64,000 nucleotides of DNA, from assembly GCF_009914755.1 (NCBI RefSeq), contig NC_060929.1. One strand, written 5' to 3'. Shown here one piece after another: positions 39,563-55,287 of the stretch (its first letter is position 1; each line of letters opens with the position of its first letter). Below the pieces are notes generated by a model. The model did no database searches. It was not told where the DNA came from and was given only the letters and a program-made list of their open reading frames with translations. The stretch is from the human T2T-CHM13v2.0 reference genome, Homo sapiens. Made by a program: the position numbers and the translations under genes.

Positions 39563-42500
39563 TTATGTACAATCCAGTGTTCTTCTCTGTCTAGGCATGT
39601 TAAGATAAAAATACAAAGGAAAAAAAGGAAAGAAAGAAAGAAAGAAAAAAGATGAAAAGAGAAAAGGAAATGGAAAAAAAAGAATAAAAATACACTCTAT
39701 CTAAGCTCTCCAACAAGTGTCCACTTGTCTCAAGTCACTGCAGAGATTTTTGTCTCCCACAGGAGCTAAATTGTCTTCCATAACTAGTGAACGAAGGATG
39801 GATTGAAATTAAATACAGGTGCAATGGACTGACGTCAGAGCTAGAGTGATCGGTGGGCCACCTAGACAACAACTTGCTCATTAGGTCTGATCATTTGTGT
39901 CCCCATTTGCTGTAGAGGCTGACCACCAAGAAACTGACAGAGTTCATCTTAATGTTAAAGAAGTGACTATGATGAGTACTGATTGGTGGCGCAGTGATGC
40001 ACTTAAAAAGCTTGTTTCGGGGTAGGGCCAAGGAGCAGGGGGCTGAGAATTTGTCCCAGGGAGCCTGGGAAGCAGAACTGTCTGAGCAGAGGCTACAGTC
40101 TTGTATCAGACTTCGTTTACAAAAACAATTAAAAGATAAAGTGAGAATTTCCAGATGGGGACTACAGAACATTATGCCTTAAGCACAGGGTCCCATCTGA
40201 GTACCAGACCCTCTGTGGCTGCACTGGTTACATATCCATAAAGCAATCTCTGGCTACAAACTTTTTCTTTCTCTTCCTATCATCTTCCCTTTTGCGTCTT
40301 CTTCCTCCATCCATCTTTCCTTTGTCTAACAATGATTTTAAATAACTTTGACCCATTGTTTATATTCTATGGCATGCCTGTCCTTAGAAGTCAGCTAAAG
40401 CTTACTTAGGTGACTTAGAAGTCACCTAAAGTTTAGGTGAGCACACCTAAGCTTTCATGCCTTTATCAACTTTTCTATGTTTGTTTCACTTCATGCTAGT
40501 TAGACATACATCGAAGGAGTCTGAAATACATTTTAGATAGTCAAGAGACACTTTTCTTTAAAAGCAGTAGCCATTCAATAAGGAAAATAGAAGCAAAAAG
40601 AGTGTCAGCACAACAATTCTTTTTTGTTTACAATTTCCTGGAAGAGTAAAGGAATTCAAGCTGTCAAGGTGGTTCAAAGGCCAAAACACCCTGTTCATAG
40701 TTTCCCCTCTTGGTAGAAGAAGAAGCATTAAGTGCAGATGGAGAAAACAAAACCCCACACTCGTACTCTCTTCCTTTCGCCTCCCTCGCCCCTGGGGTGG
40801 AGTCATTCTGGAAGTGGTAAACTGAAATAGAGGCTGCTGCTTCTGGGATCCTGCCAGCCAGTCCCAGGCAGCAGGTCTCTTGGTAGCTGGGGTACTGTTG
40901 ACAGCCTCTCTGGATAAGTAAAGACAGACTCCATACCTTTACTCTTTTCCTTTTGTCCTAAATTCTCCAAACAATTCCTTTGTCTCTATACCTGAATCTC
41001 ACTTATAGCACCATTGTTTGTATTTTACTTTTCTTTGTAAGAAGATCCTCCCAGGAAGAATGGTGACAACTGTATTTACTGTGTGATCGTCTGGGCCTGG
41101 CACCTTTCTAAGCCATTTCATGTACTAACTCATGAACAACAATCCCACAAGGTTGGTACTATTATTGTCCTCATATTGTACAGGAGACAATGAAGGCATA
41201 AGGGATTAAGAAATTTGCCCTCTGTCACGGCTGAGAATGAGCAGATCCAGGATTGACTGTGGAGGCATTGGACTTCACCACTATACTATTCTGTCTGTGA
41301 TTAAAAAGAATGGTCTATTAATTTGATCCTGCATGTTCATACTGGAGGAACTAAAGTGAAAACTGTTTAGACCTACATCAGTACCAGTGACGTGTGCCTC
41401 ACCAACTGAGACCTCCTTTACAGTTAATCTTTGGGTACTTTAAGAGTTTCTCCTAGTAAGGTTTCCATGGTGCACCCTCAGGAGAATTTCAGGGAGCCTT
41501 AGAAAACACTAGTTTGTAAGTCAAGGCCCTGGATCACTTGCCTCCTGGTGACAGAATTCCCTTCTTAACAATCTAGACTGTGTGTCAGCCAAAAATATGC
41601 TTAGGCCTGGGAGGTAGGGAAAGTCACAGAGACCAGGAGACACTAGACAAGAAGAAATGGGACTGTGGTCCAGGTGGGTCCTTAGGAAGAATCGAGAGTA
41701 GGTTTACATTGGGTAGAAATGTTATTAAATAGGGAAAGAAACAGTATTGTACATATCCTATTCTTAAGGAGCTCTAGAATTCTACACTGAGCTGCCAGAT
41801 GATGATTGTGAGTTTGTTTTTGTTGTATTTATTTGTTTTTGTTCATGAGTAATCCATAACATTGCCTTCATGTATTCTGAAAATGATTGGGAACTGAGTC
41901 CTAGTCGTTTTCTCTTTACCTGTCATGAGTGGGGAGAGTTGGGGAAGCCTGACTCATAAGAAGACTTGCCAAGAAGAAAGTCGAGTTAATGTGTAATAAT
42001 TTTGCTACGGGCAGATTGATAAAACAACAACAACAACAATAAGATCTCAATATCCTAACTGTAGACATTCTAGGTGACCTTCAAAGGAGTCTAGTGGGCG
42101 ATTTAAGACTAGTTGCTTATTTGCTAACATATGTCTAAGGAATATGTTCTATGGTGGTTTCTTCTTGGCAGGAACTCCAATCTCCTTCCTTCTCTTGAAC
42201 ACTGGGATGTGTTTGCATTGCTTGTCTTGTGATGGTGACCATATAAAGCAGAGGCCAGTGCTTTAGCCTCTGTGTTGCAGCCGCTTATCCCTCCTAAAAA
42301 GCTGGGAGGTTTTGTGATGTGAGAAGATGATCCTGGCTCATCGGTTGGAGCCAGACATGTTAGACTAGAATGGAGACAAAAGGAACATCTAGAGTCTATT
42401 CCATGTGAATGTTTGAGGGTTGAGGGTCTGGGGCTAACTAGAGAAAGAAACGTGCCTAATATCCCTGGCTTAGAATCTGGACTGCCTTCATGGTTAGCCC

Positions 42501-43923
42501 CTTTGGACCAAGCTTTTAGTTGGCCTGGACTCCAGAGGCTGCCAAGCCCAAAAGCCTGGGGCTGCCTCTTCTGGAGAGAGAGCAGAAGATAGAAATAGTG
42601 GGAGGGGGAAAAGGTACCTTTTTTTAATATACCAGAGCACTCTGTTCTTCTTAATAAAGTCTGTCCTCCGGAGAAACTAGTTAACCAGAGCCTAATCTAC
42701 TGAGGTTTTATCAGAGCCTAATTGACCTTAGGGAAGAAAAGTGTTCAACTCCATCTAGCTCTAGCTTTCCACATGGGAGCAGAACAATACCCAACTCCAG
42801 CCCACTCTAGCTATCCTGTCCCACCTAAGAAGGGGAAAAAACATCCTGAGAATCACTTGGAATATTCACATTCCAGAGGCATAGGTTCACTAAAAGACAG
42901 GGACCAAATCATAGGACGATATAGTACATTTCTCTTCCCCCCATACTTCACCATTACATTACTAAAGCGCTATTTACAGGAGTTCCTCTTACCCACTACA
43001 TCATGTCTGGCTATCGAGAAAAAATTATAAAGCATGCCAAAAGGTGAATAACACAATATCTACAGAGCAAGCATCAGTTCCAGACATGGCAGGGATATGG
43101 GAATTATCAGATAAATAATTTAAAGCAACTATGATTAATGTGCTAAGGGCTGTAAATGGATAAAGTGGACAACATGTCAGAACAGATGGGCGATGTAAGC
43201 AGGAAGATGGAGATCCTAAGAGAGAACAAATAATAAATGCTGGAGATAAAAAACACTGTAATGGAAATGAAGAATGCCTTTGATGAGCTTATCAGTAGAT
43301 TGGACACAGCTGAGGGAAGAGTCTCTGCGCTTGAGAAGATCTCAATGTAAACCTCCAAAACTGGAAAACAAAAAGAACAAAGACTGAAAAAAACAGAACA
43401 GAATATTCACAGACTGTGAGAGAACTACAAAAGGTGTAACATACAGGCAATAGGAATACCAGAAGGAGAAGAGAAAAAGGAACAGGATAAATATTTGAAA
43501 CAATAATAACAACTGAGAATTTTACCAAAAAAATTGTTAGACACAAAAGCTCAGAGAACACCAAGCACGATAAATGCCAAAAACAACAAAAAAAAACAAC
43601 AAAACAAACAAAAAACCCTATGCCTAGGCATATTATTTTCCAATTACAGAAAACCAAAGATAAAGAAAAAGTCCAGAAGGAAGCCAGAGGAAAAGAACAC
43701 CTTACCTATAGAGGAGCAAAGAGAAGGATTACCTCTGATTTCTCAGAAACCATACAAGCAAGAAGAGACTGGAGTGAAATACTTAAAGAGTTGAGAAAAG
43801 CCTCCCATCAACAAGAATTCTGTACCTTATGAAACTGTCCTTCAAAAGTGAAGGAGCAATAAATACTTTCTTAGATAAACAAAAATTGAGGGAATTTGTT
43901 ACTGGTAGACCTGCATTGTACTA

Positions 43924-44359
<436 letters not shown>

Positions 44360-44822
44360 TTATTTTTTATTGTTAATTAACCTAGGAGATAATAGTTTGT
44401 TCAAATTACTAACAGCTACAATGTATGCTAATGCATCTATCTTTATATCTATATACATATATATAAGCTTATGTATGCTTATATATAAGTAAAATGAATG
44501 ACAGCAATCATACTAGGGACAGGTGGAAGGAATTAGAATCATTTAGTTATTATAAAGTATTCGCACTACCCATGAAGTGGTATAGTGTTATTTTGAAGTG
44601 GATTTCGATTAGTTGTAAACATACTTGGTATACTCTAGGGCAATCACTAAAAAAGTAAAAAAGGAAGTATAACTAATATGCTAAGAAAAGAGAGAAAATA
44701 GAATAATACAAAATGCTAATTAAAACCACAAAAGGTGGAAGAAGAGTAGAAGACAAAAATAGGAACAAAGAATAAGGGCATGGGCGGATCACAAGGTCAG
44801 GAGATCGAGACCATCCTGGCTA

Positions 44823-45017
<195 letters not shown>

Positions 45018-45607
45018 CTAAAAAAAAAAAAAAAAAAAGAATAAGGGCAGCAAATAGAAAACAGTAACAAATATGATCGATGTTACTCTAACTATATGAA
45101 TAATCACTCTGAACATCAATGGTCTAAATGTACCAATCAAAAGACAGAGATTGTCAGGGTGGATAGAAAAATAAGACCCAACTATATGTTGTCTATAAGA
45201 AACCCACTTTAAATATAATGACACATATAGATTAAAAGTGAATGAGTGGTGAAAGATTTACCATGAAAACACTAACCAAAAGAAAGCAGGAGTAGCTATA
45301 TATTATAATTCTAGACAGTGCAGACTACAAAACAAAGAAAGTTGTTAGGGATAAAGAAGGGTATTACATAATGATAAAGAGGTCAGTTCTCCAAGAAGAC
45401 ATAACGATCCTTATGTACCGAACAACACAGCCTCAAAATATGCGAGGCAAAACCTGATAAAGCTGCAAGAAGAAACAGATGAGTCCGCTTTATAGTTGAA
45501 GACTTCAACATCCCTCTATCAGAAATGGACAGATCCAGAAAGCAGAAAATCAGTAGGAATATAGTTGAACTTAAAAATACAATTAATTGGCCGGGCACGA
45601 TGGCTCA

Positions 45608-45915
<308 letters not shown>

Positions 45916-46499
45916 CTAAAATGGAAATATGAGGCTCAGATGTATTCACTGGTAAATTTTACCAAATATTCAAGAAAAATATAACGGTTTTTTAAGAATC
46001 TCTTTCAGAAGATAGAAGCCTAGGGAACTTCCTAACTCATTCTATCAGTCAGTATCACCCTAATACAAAACAAAACAAAGATATTATAAGAAAACTATAG
46101 ACCAATAACTTTCATAAAGATAGATGTAAATGTCCTCAACAACATATTAGTGAATAGAATCTAGCAACGTAAAAAAAGAATTATACATCATGGTCAAATA
46201 GGATTTATCCAAGGTATGCAAGTGTAGCTCAACATTTTCAAATCAATTAATGTAATCAACCACATCAGCAGGCTAAAGAAGAAGAATCACATGGTTGTAT
46301 CAATAGACACAGAAAAAGTATTTGAGAAAATCCACCACTTATTCATAATAAAAACTCTCAGTAAACTAGGAATAGAGAAGAACTTCCTAAACTTGGTAAA
46401 GAGCATCTATAGAAAACCTATAGCTAACATCATACTTCAAGGTGAAAAATGAGAAGCTTTCCAACTAAGATCAGGAAGAAGGTAAAAATGTCTCACAAC

Positions 46500-46559
46500 T
46501 TTCCTTCCTTCCTTCCTTCCTTCCTTCCTTCTTTCCCTCCCTCCCTCCCTGCCTGCCTG

Positions 46560-46639
<80 letters not shown>

Positions 46640-46668
46640 TTTCTTTCCTTCTTTCTTTCTTTCTTTCT
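46500..46668. repeat. Compound (TTCC)n/(CCCT)n/(CCTG)n/(TTTC)n microsatellite at an Alu tail
   Basis: Directly visible, about 170 bp, almost purely pyrimidine on the plus strand. Confidence 0.95.
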
Positions 46669-46671
46669 TGA

Positions 46672-46929
<258 letters not shown>

Positions 46930-48223
46930 TGAGCCACTGTACCCGGTTCCACCACCTCTTTTCAATATTATACTCAAAGTTCTAGTTAATGCAATAAGAC
47001 AAGAACAGGAAATAAAAAGAATGCTGATTGGGAAGGAAGAAATAAAACCGTCTGTTTTCAGATCACATGACTATCTATGTATAAAATCTGAAAGAATAGA
47101 CAAAAATAGCTCTGAAACTAAGAAGCAATTATAGCAAGATTTCAGGATACAGGCTAATATACAAAAGTTGATCATTTTTCTATATACTAGCAATGAGCAA
47201 ATAGAATTTGAAATTAAAAATACAATACCATTTACATTAGCACCCCCCAAAATTAAATAGTTAGGTACAAATCTAACAAAATGTGATACAAGAGCTATAT
47301 GAAAAAAATCTATAAAAGTGTGATGAAAAACATCAAAGAACTAAATAAATGGAGATCTACATATGGTAAGGGTAAGAGCAAAATAAAAATTATAAAAATA
47401 AATAAATAAATGGATATTGCATGTTCATGGTTAAGAAGACTTAAAATTGTTAAGATATCAGTTCTTCAAAATTTGATCTATAGATTCAATATAGTCCCTA
47501 TCGAAATACCAGAAACTTATCTTGTAGATGTCAACAAACTGATTCCACAGTTTATATGGAGAGGCAAAAGACACAGAATAGTCAACAAGATAGTGGAGAA
47601 CAAAGTTGGGTGACTGACACTACTCAACTTTAAGACTTACTATAAAGCTACAGTAATCAAGATAGTGTGATACTGGCAAAATAATAGACAAGTAAGTCAA
47701 TGCAACAGAATGGACAGCCAAGAAATAGACCCACATAATCAACTGATATTTGACAAAAGAGTAAAAGCAATACAATAAAGAAGAGGTAGTTGTTTCACCA
47801 AATGGTGCTGAAACAACTGGACATCTACATGCAAAAAAGTAAACCTAGACACAGACCTTATACCTTTCACAAAATTGACTCAAAACTGATCACAGACCTA
47901 AATGTAAAACCTAAAATTAGGCCGGGCAAGGCGGCTCGTACCTGTAATCCCAGCACTTTGGGAGGCTAGGGTGGGAGGATCACTTGAGTCCCGGAGTTCA
48001 AGACCAGCCTAGGCAACATAATGAAACCTCATCTCTAAAAAAAATACAAAAAATTACCTAGGCATTGTGGGTGTGCCTATAGTCCCAGGTACTCAAGAGG
48101 CTGAAGTGGAAGGATCACTTGAGACCAGGAGGTCCAGGCTGCAGTGAGCCATGATTATGTCACTGCACTCCAGCCTGGATGAGACAGAGTGAATTCTAAA
48201 ATTATATAAGAATTCCAGGAGAT

Positions 48224-48857
<634 letters not shown>

Positions 48858-49296
48858 GAATTCCAGGAGATAACAGGAGCAAAATTGAGATGACCTTGGG
48901 TTTGGTGATGACTTTTAGATACTGAAATAATAATCCATGGAAGAAAAAATTGATAACCTAGATTTCATTAAAATCAAAAACTTCTCTGTGAAGGACACTG
49001 CCAAAAGAATAACAAGATAAGCCCCAACCTAGAAGAAAATATTTGTAAAAGACGTATCTAATAAAAGACTATTGCCAAAATATGCAAAGAACTCCTAAAA
49101 CTCAACAGTAAGAAAACAACAATGATATTTAAATGGGCAGAAGATCTTTATAGATAGCTCACAAAGAAAATTTGCAGATGACTAATAAGCCCATGAAAAG
49201 ATGCACCACATCATACGCCATCAGAAAAACACAAACTAAAACAACCATGAGATACCACAGTGCATTGATTAGGAAGGCTAAAATCCAGAACACTGA

Positions 49297-49686
<390 letters not shown>

Positions 49687-52351
49687 TGAGCCAACGTGCC
49701 TGGTCATTTTGGTAGTTTCTTACAAAACTAAACATACCCTTATCATAGATCCAGCAACTGTGCTCCTTGATATTTACCCAAAGGAACTGAAAACTTATGT
49801 TTACACAAAAAGCTGCACACAGATGTTTATAGTGGTTTTATTCATAATTGGCAAAGCTGGGAAGCAACCAATATGTCCTTGCATGGATGAATGGATAAGT
49901 AAACCTTGGTATATTCATGTAATGGAATATTAACCAGTGCTAAAGAGAAATGAGCTATTAAGTCATGAAAAGACATGGAGGAAATGTAAATGCATATTAC
50001 TAGACAATTTGAAAAAGCTACATACAGTACAATTCCAATCATATGACATTCTGGAAAAGGCAAAGCTATGGAGACAGTAAAAAGATCAGTGGTTGCTAGG
50101 GATTAGGGTAAGGGTGGAAAGAATAAGGGGAGCTCAGAGGATTTTTAGGGCAATGAAGGTATTCCGCATGATACTTTAATGATGGATACATGTCATTATA
50201 CCTTTGTCCAATTCCACAGAATGTACAATATCAAGAGTGAAGCTTATGGTAAACTATGGACTTTGGGCATTGATGACCTGTCAGTGTAGGCTATCAATTG
50301 TAACAAATGTACCACTGTAGTGGGAGATGTTGGTAACGGGGGAGGCAATTTATTGTCAGTGGGGCGGGGGGGCAGAAGATATTAATATGTGACATATTTC
50401 TGCAATCTTCCTCTCAATTTTATTGGGTACTTAAAACTGCTCTAGAAAACTAAAGTCTTTACATGAAATGTTTTTTTCCACAGAGAGAAAGAACCCAATA
50501 AGCCATTAACCCCATTGGCCTGAGATGAATAAATTTATTGGAGTGAATTCAATGAACACCTCTTTAGGGACCTACGGTTCACAAAGCTCTGTTCTGGGTG
50601 TTGAGACATTTGGATGAATAAGGCACGTTGCCCTTAGGTCCACAGTCTAGAAGGGAAGACACAGGCACCTCAACAATTTTAACAAAGTTCTAGAAGTAAC
50701 GTGGAGGGAAGAATTTGGAAAGGGAGCTCAACAAAGAAGGTGACACTTAGTTGGGCTTTGAGAAATAAGAAAGAATAAGCAGATATTCTGTAGGCAGAAG
50801 GAATGATACAGGGAGTGCAAGAAGAAAGAAGCATTTTACCCAAATGGAAGAGCATGACAGCAGGGGAGAGAGAAGGAATCTTTATGATGTATTGTGAGGA
50901 TTACTAATATTCCAGTGTGATTAGAGCCAAGATTACGTGAGCTTGAGAGGAAAGGTCAGGGGTGGGGAACCAAGGACCAACAGTGACCGTAATTGTTTTG
51001 GTATAATAATAGCTATGTTAGTACATGTCTTTGTGATTTGTTGGAAGAGCTCTGTAAGAATAGATTGGAAGGCCAAGTGTGGTGGCTCATGCCTGTAATC
51101 CCGACACTTGGGAGGCCTGGGTGGGAGGATCTCTTGAGTCCAGGAGTTCAAGACCAGCATAGGCAACATGGTGAGACTTTGTCTCTACTTTAAAAAAAAT
51201 TAGCCAGGCATGGTGGTGTGTGCCTGTAGTCCCAGCTACTAGGGAGGCCGAGTGGTAGAATTGCTTGAGCCCAGGGTAAAACTTAGTTTACCTAGTAGGC
51301 CTACTGTTTCCAATCTTTACTGCTTTGTTTATTTTGGTGAAATACAAAGGCCTTATTATTTCAATGAACTATAGCTTTAAATGTGATCTCATTATATGGT
51401 CCAAGAGAAAAGCAGGAAATTCAGAAAAAGGAATAAATGACAACGGGAAATAGACTCATTCGTATGGAAAAACTCTAAAATGAGCACAATGCTAGCCCTG
51501 TGTTATAAATGAACAAGAAGTCTAAAGAAGGCAAGTGTAATAATGATTTCAGCTGACATTTGGAATTACCCTCAGTCTTTGCAGTATAAATGGCAGAGTA
51601 CACCACTTCTGAATTTTACTGCTAACCATAGGGAAGGAGAATGCACAATTTCTCCAGAGCCGGGGTTCTTAGCCTTTTGTGGGTAGTCACTGTTCCTCAT
51701 TGAGGAGGTCAAGAAAGTTGTGGACTCCTTCCTCAGAAAAATGAATGCAAACATGCTCACACACCATATATACAGTATTACATACAATTGTAGGGGTTCT
51801 AGAGGGACCTATCTTTTTAATCTTTTTGCCTCCAATGCAAGACACATAGTGGATGCTCAAGAAGTATTTATTTAGTGATTGAGTAAATAAATGAACGAGG
51901 CATTATGCTTATACAATCATGGTCAAAATGCAAACATCTCCAATAGTAGGTAAAGTATTAGCACCCATTAATATGAATTCATTTATCATAGTGCTTCTAA
52001 ACCCTAGCTGCATATTACAGTCTTCTATGGAAAGGAGGGAGCTTTAAATAATGTATGTGTGGCTGGGCGTAGTGGTTCATGCCAGTAATCCCAGAACTTT
52101 GGGAGGCTGAGGCAGGTGAATCAGCTGAGTTCAGGAGTTCGAGACCAGTCTGACCCATGTGGTGAAACCCCATCTATACTAAAAATACAAAAATTAGGCA
52201 GTCGTGGTGGTGTGTGCCTGTAATTCCAGCTACTTAGGAGCCTGAGGCAGGAGAATTGCTTGAACCCGGGAGGCAGATGATGCAGTGAGCCAAGATCGCA
52301 CCAATGCACTCCAACCTGGGCAATAGAGTAAGACTCCATCTCAAAAAAATA

Positions 52352-52384
<33 letters not shown>

Positions 52385-52865
52385 ATGTGTGTACATGCAT
52401 GCACACACAGTTTTTTTTTTTTTTTTTTTTTTTATATAGAGATGGAGTCTTGCTATATTGCCCAGGTTAGTCTTGAACTCCTGGCCTCAAGTGATCCTCC
52501 TGCCTCGGATTCCCAAAGAGGTGAGATTATAGCCACAGCTCCCAGCCAATACAAATATTTTTTTTAAGAGCCCAGGGTCTCACTGCATTACACAGCTTGG
52601 TCTCAAACTCCTGGGCTGAGGTGATCCTCCTGCCTCAGTCTCCCAAGTAGCTGGGATTATAGGCACATGCCATTATGCCCAGCTCCAGTTTTGAAAAATA
52701 TTGATGGCTGGGCCCCACCCCAGAACAACTGAATGAAAATCTAAGAGGTGAGGCCTGGACGTGAGTATTGTTTAAAAGCTCTTCAGATTATTCCATTGTG
52801 CAGACAGGGCTGAAATCAATGTAGTAGGTTAAAAGCTGTGACATTTAGTAGAGACAAAGAGTATG

Positions 52866-53027
52866 GGAGCTTTCAGGTAGCTGAACATGTGGAGGTTTCT
52901 GGAGGGTGGCACACCCAGAGAGGGCACGGAAGCTCCATGCCTGTTCCCCCATACCCTTGCCCTACCTGTCTGTTCATCTTCATCCTTTGCTATATAATTT
53001 ATAACGAACTGGTAAACATAAAAAAAA
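52866..53027 (+). mobile_element. MER21-like LTR fragment ending in an A tail
   Basis: tgaacatgtggaggtttctggagggtggcacacccagagagggcacggaagctccatgcc...ccatacccttgccc. Confidence 0.7.
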
Positions 53028-53393
53028 GAGAAAGAATATGAAGGCATGGGTATAATAACTAAGTTTCCTGTGGAGAAAATCAGGAACCCTAATAAAAATG
53101 ACCATTTCGTCCAATTACATAGTACGTTACATATCACTATCATATGCATGGTCTCATTCTGACCATGCATACCCTTATCAAAGATACCTTTATCAGTTAA
53201 GCCAAGCAAGTGTTGACTTGCCTTAGATCAAGCCCAAGTGTATTAATGCAAACTCAGATATTCAGAGTTGAGTAGGTTGTTCTTATGATTTTGCCAAAGT
53301 GCCTCTTAAAGGATAAGAACAGGGATTCCCGGCTGGGTGCAGTGGCTCACGTCTGTAATCTCAACACTTTGGGAGGCCGAGCGGGGCAGATCA

Positions 53394-53742
<349 letters not shown>

Positions 53743-55074
53743 CTAAGACAGCAGCTCTACACTGGGGCTGGGATGGTGGAAGGGGGACGCATGTCAGTCA
53801 GAATTACCTGGGGAGGTTTTTCAAAATGCACATGCATCCTGGATCTAGGGAATCAGAGTGCAGTGGTGTTGAGGTGACTATGTAGAAAGTGCCTGCTTCT
53901 GGTGCCACTTTCATCTCAGCTGAGAACCAACACATGAGGAGCTTCCTGGGAGCCCAGCCAGGTTCCTCTGTGGCCACCGCTACAGTGGTGACCCCTGACC
54001 AGCCAGAGGCCAGCCCCAGGGCATGGAGTCCTGGGAAGAGACTGGCAGCGATGGTGGCAGGGCAGGTGATTAGATACTGAAAGTATGTAGGAGGGTGCTA
54101 TGGGCAGGTGGAGATGACAAAACAAGCCTTGCTCACTGCATAGCTTTGCAGAGAAACTGGTGCAGAGAAACTGAAGCCAAGGTTAGAGGGATGAAAACAG
54201 AGCAGTTTCCAGATCACTTCTGTTTTCCCCTTACATCAGGCACACATGTCAATCCTGAAAGTCCCAGGTGCCCACTTCTGCTGTACTTGGCACATGGAAA
54301 TGCTGATTGAAACCACAGTCAGGGCAGCAGAAACTATTCTCACAGGGTCCTGGCAGTAGCTCAGACAGGTGCCCTTTCTGGGCCAACAGAAATCAACTGT
54401 GGGGGTGTCTGTGCTGAAGACAGAGACGGGCTGGCAAGTTTATGCAAAGGATGCTCTCCTTGAAAAAAGGAATAGATAACTTTTAGTTAATCATTCCCCT
54501 TGAAAATAGAAAGCACTCGGTTACACATTAGTGATTATTATTCTTTCACCTTACTCTTGGTTTTGCCCTCTCTGGACAATAGATTTCTTGAGCCTATTCT
54601 GATTTGTTTGGTTGTGTGTATTGACGTGGACTCCCTTATGTGATAGTGATGCAGGGTCATGAGCCACTACTTTCACTGTCGGGTGTAGAATTCAGGATCA
54701 CCTGAAATGACTCTGCTGGGGAGGATTTGGAAGCAAGAAGAGAGTCAGAGAGTCATGGTTCAAAGACTTTGAAGGCATTTTCCCAGCAATTCTTTGAAGG
54801 TTTACTCTGGGACACAGTAAGCCGGTAGCAAACATTGAGATGGAGAGAGAAACAGAGAGAATGAGAGGGGTATGTGTGTGTCTGTGTGTGCCACCCAAGG
54901 CAGGCTCTGCTTGATATTTTATAACTACTCCCCTTTGCATCTTGGCAGGGTTTCTTTTCAACAAGTGGTGGAGCTGAATCAAGAGCTGAAACCTCCATCT
55001 TTAAAGTTTGACCTACTCAGAAAATTGTTAACACTGCTTTCCACCATTTAAACCTGAGACCAGTCCACAGGTCA

Positions 55075-55287
<213 letters not shown>

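Noticed and set aside
40383-40455. CRISPR-like or regular repeat-spacer array
   Set aside because: Only two direct copies, no regular spacers, human intron context; no such array anywhere in the window
42238-42250. TATA-like catataaag near the L1 5' end
   Set aside because: Isolated short motif with no CpG island or other promoter evidence
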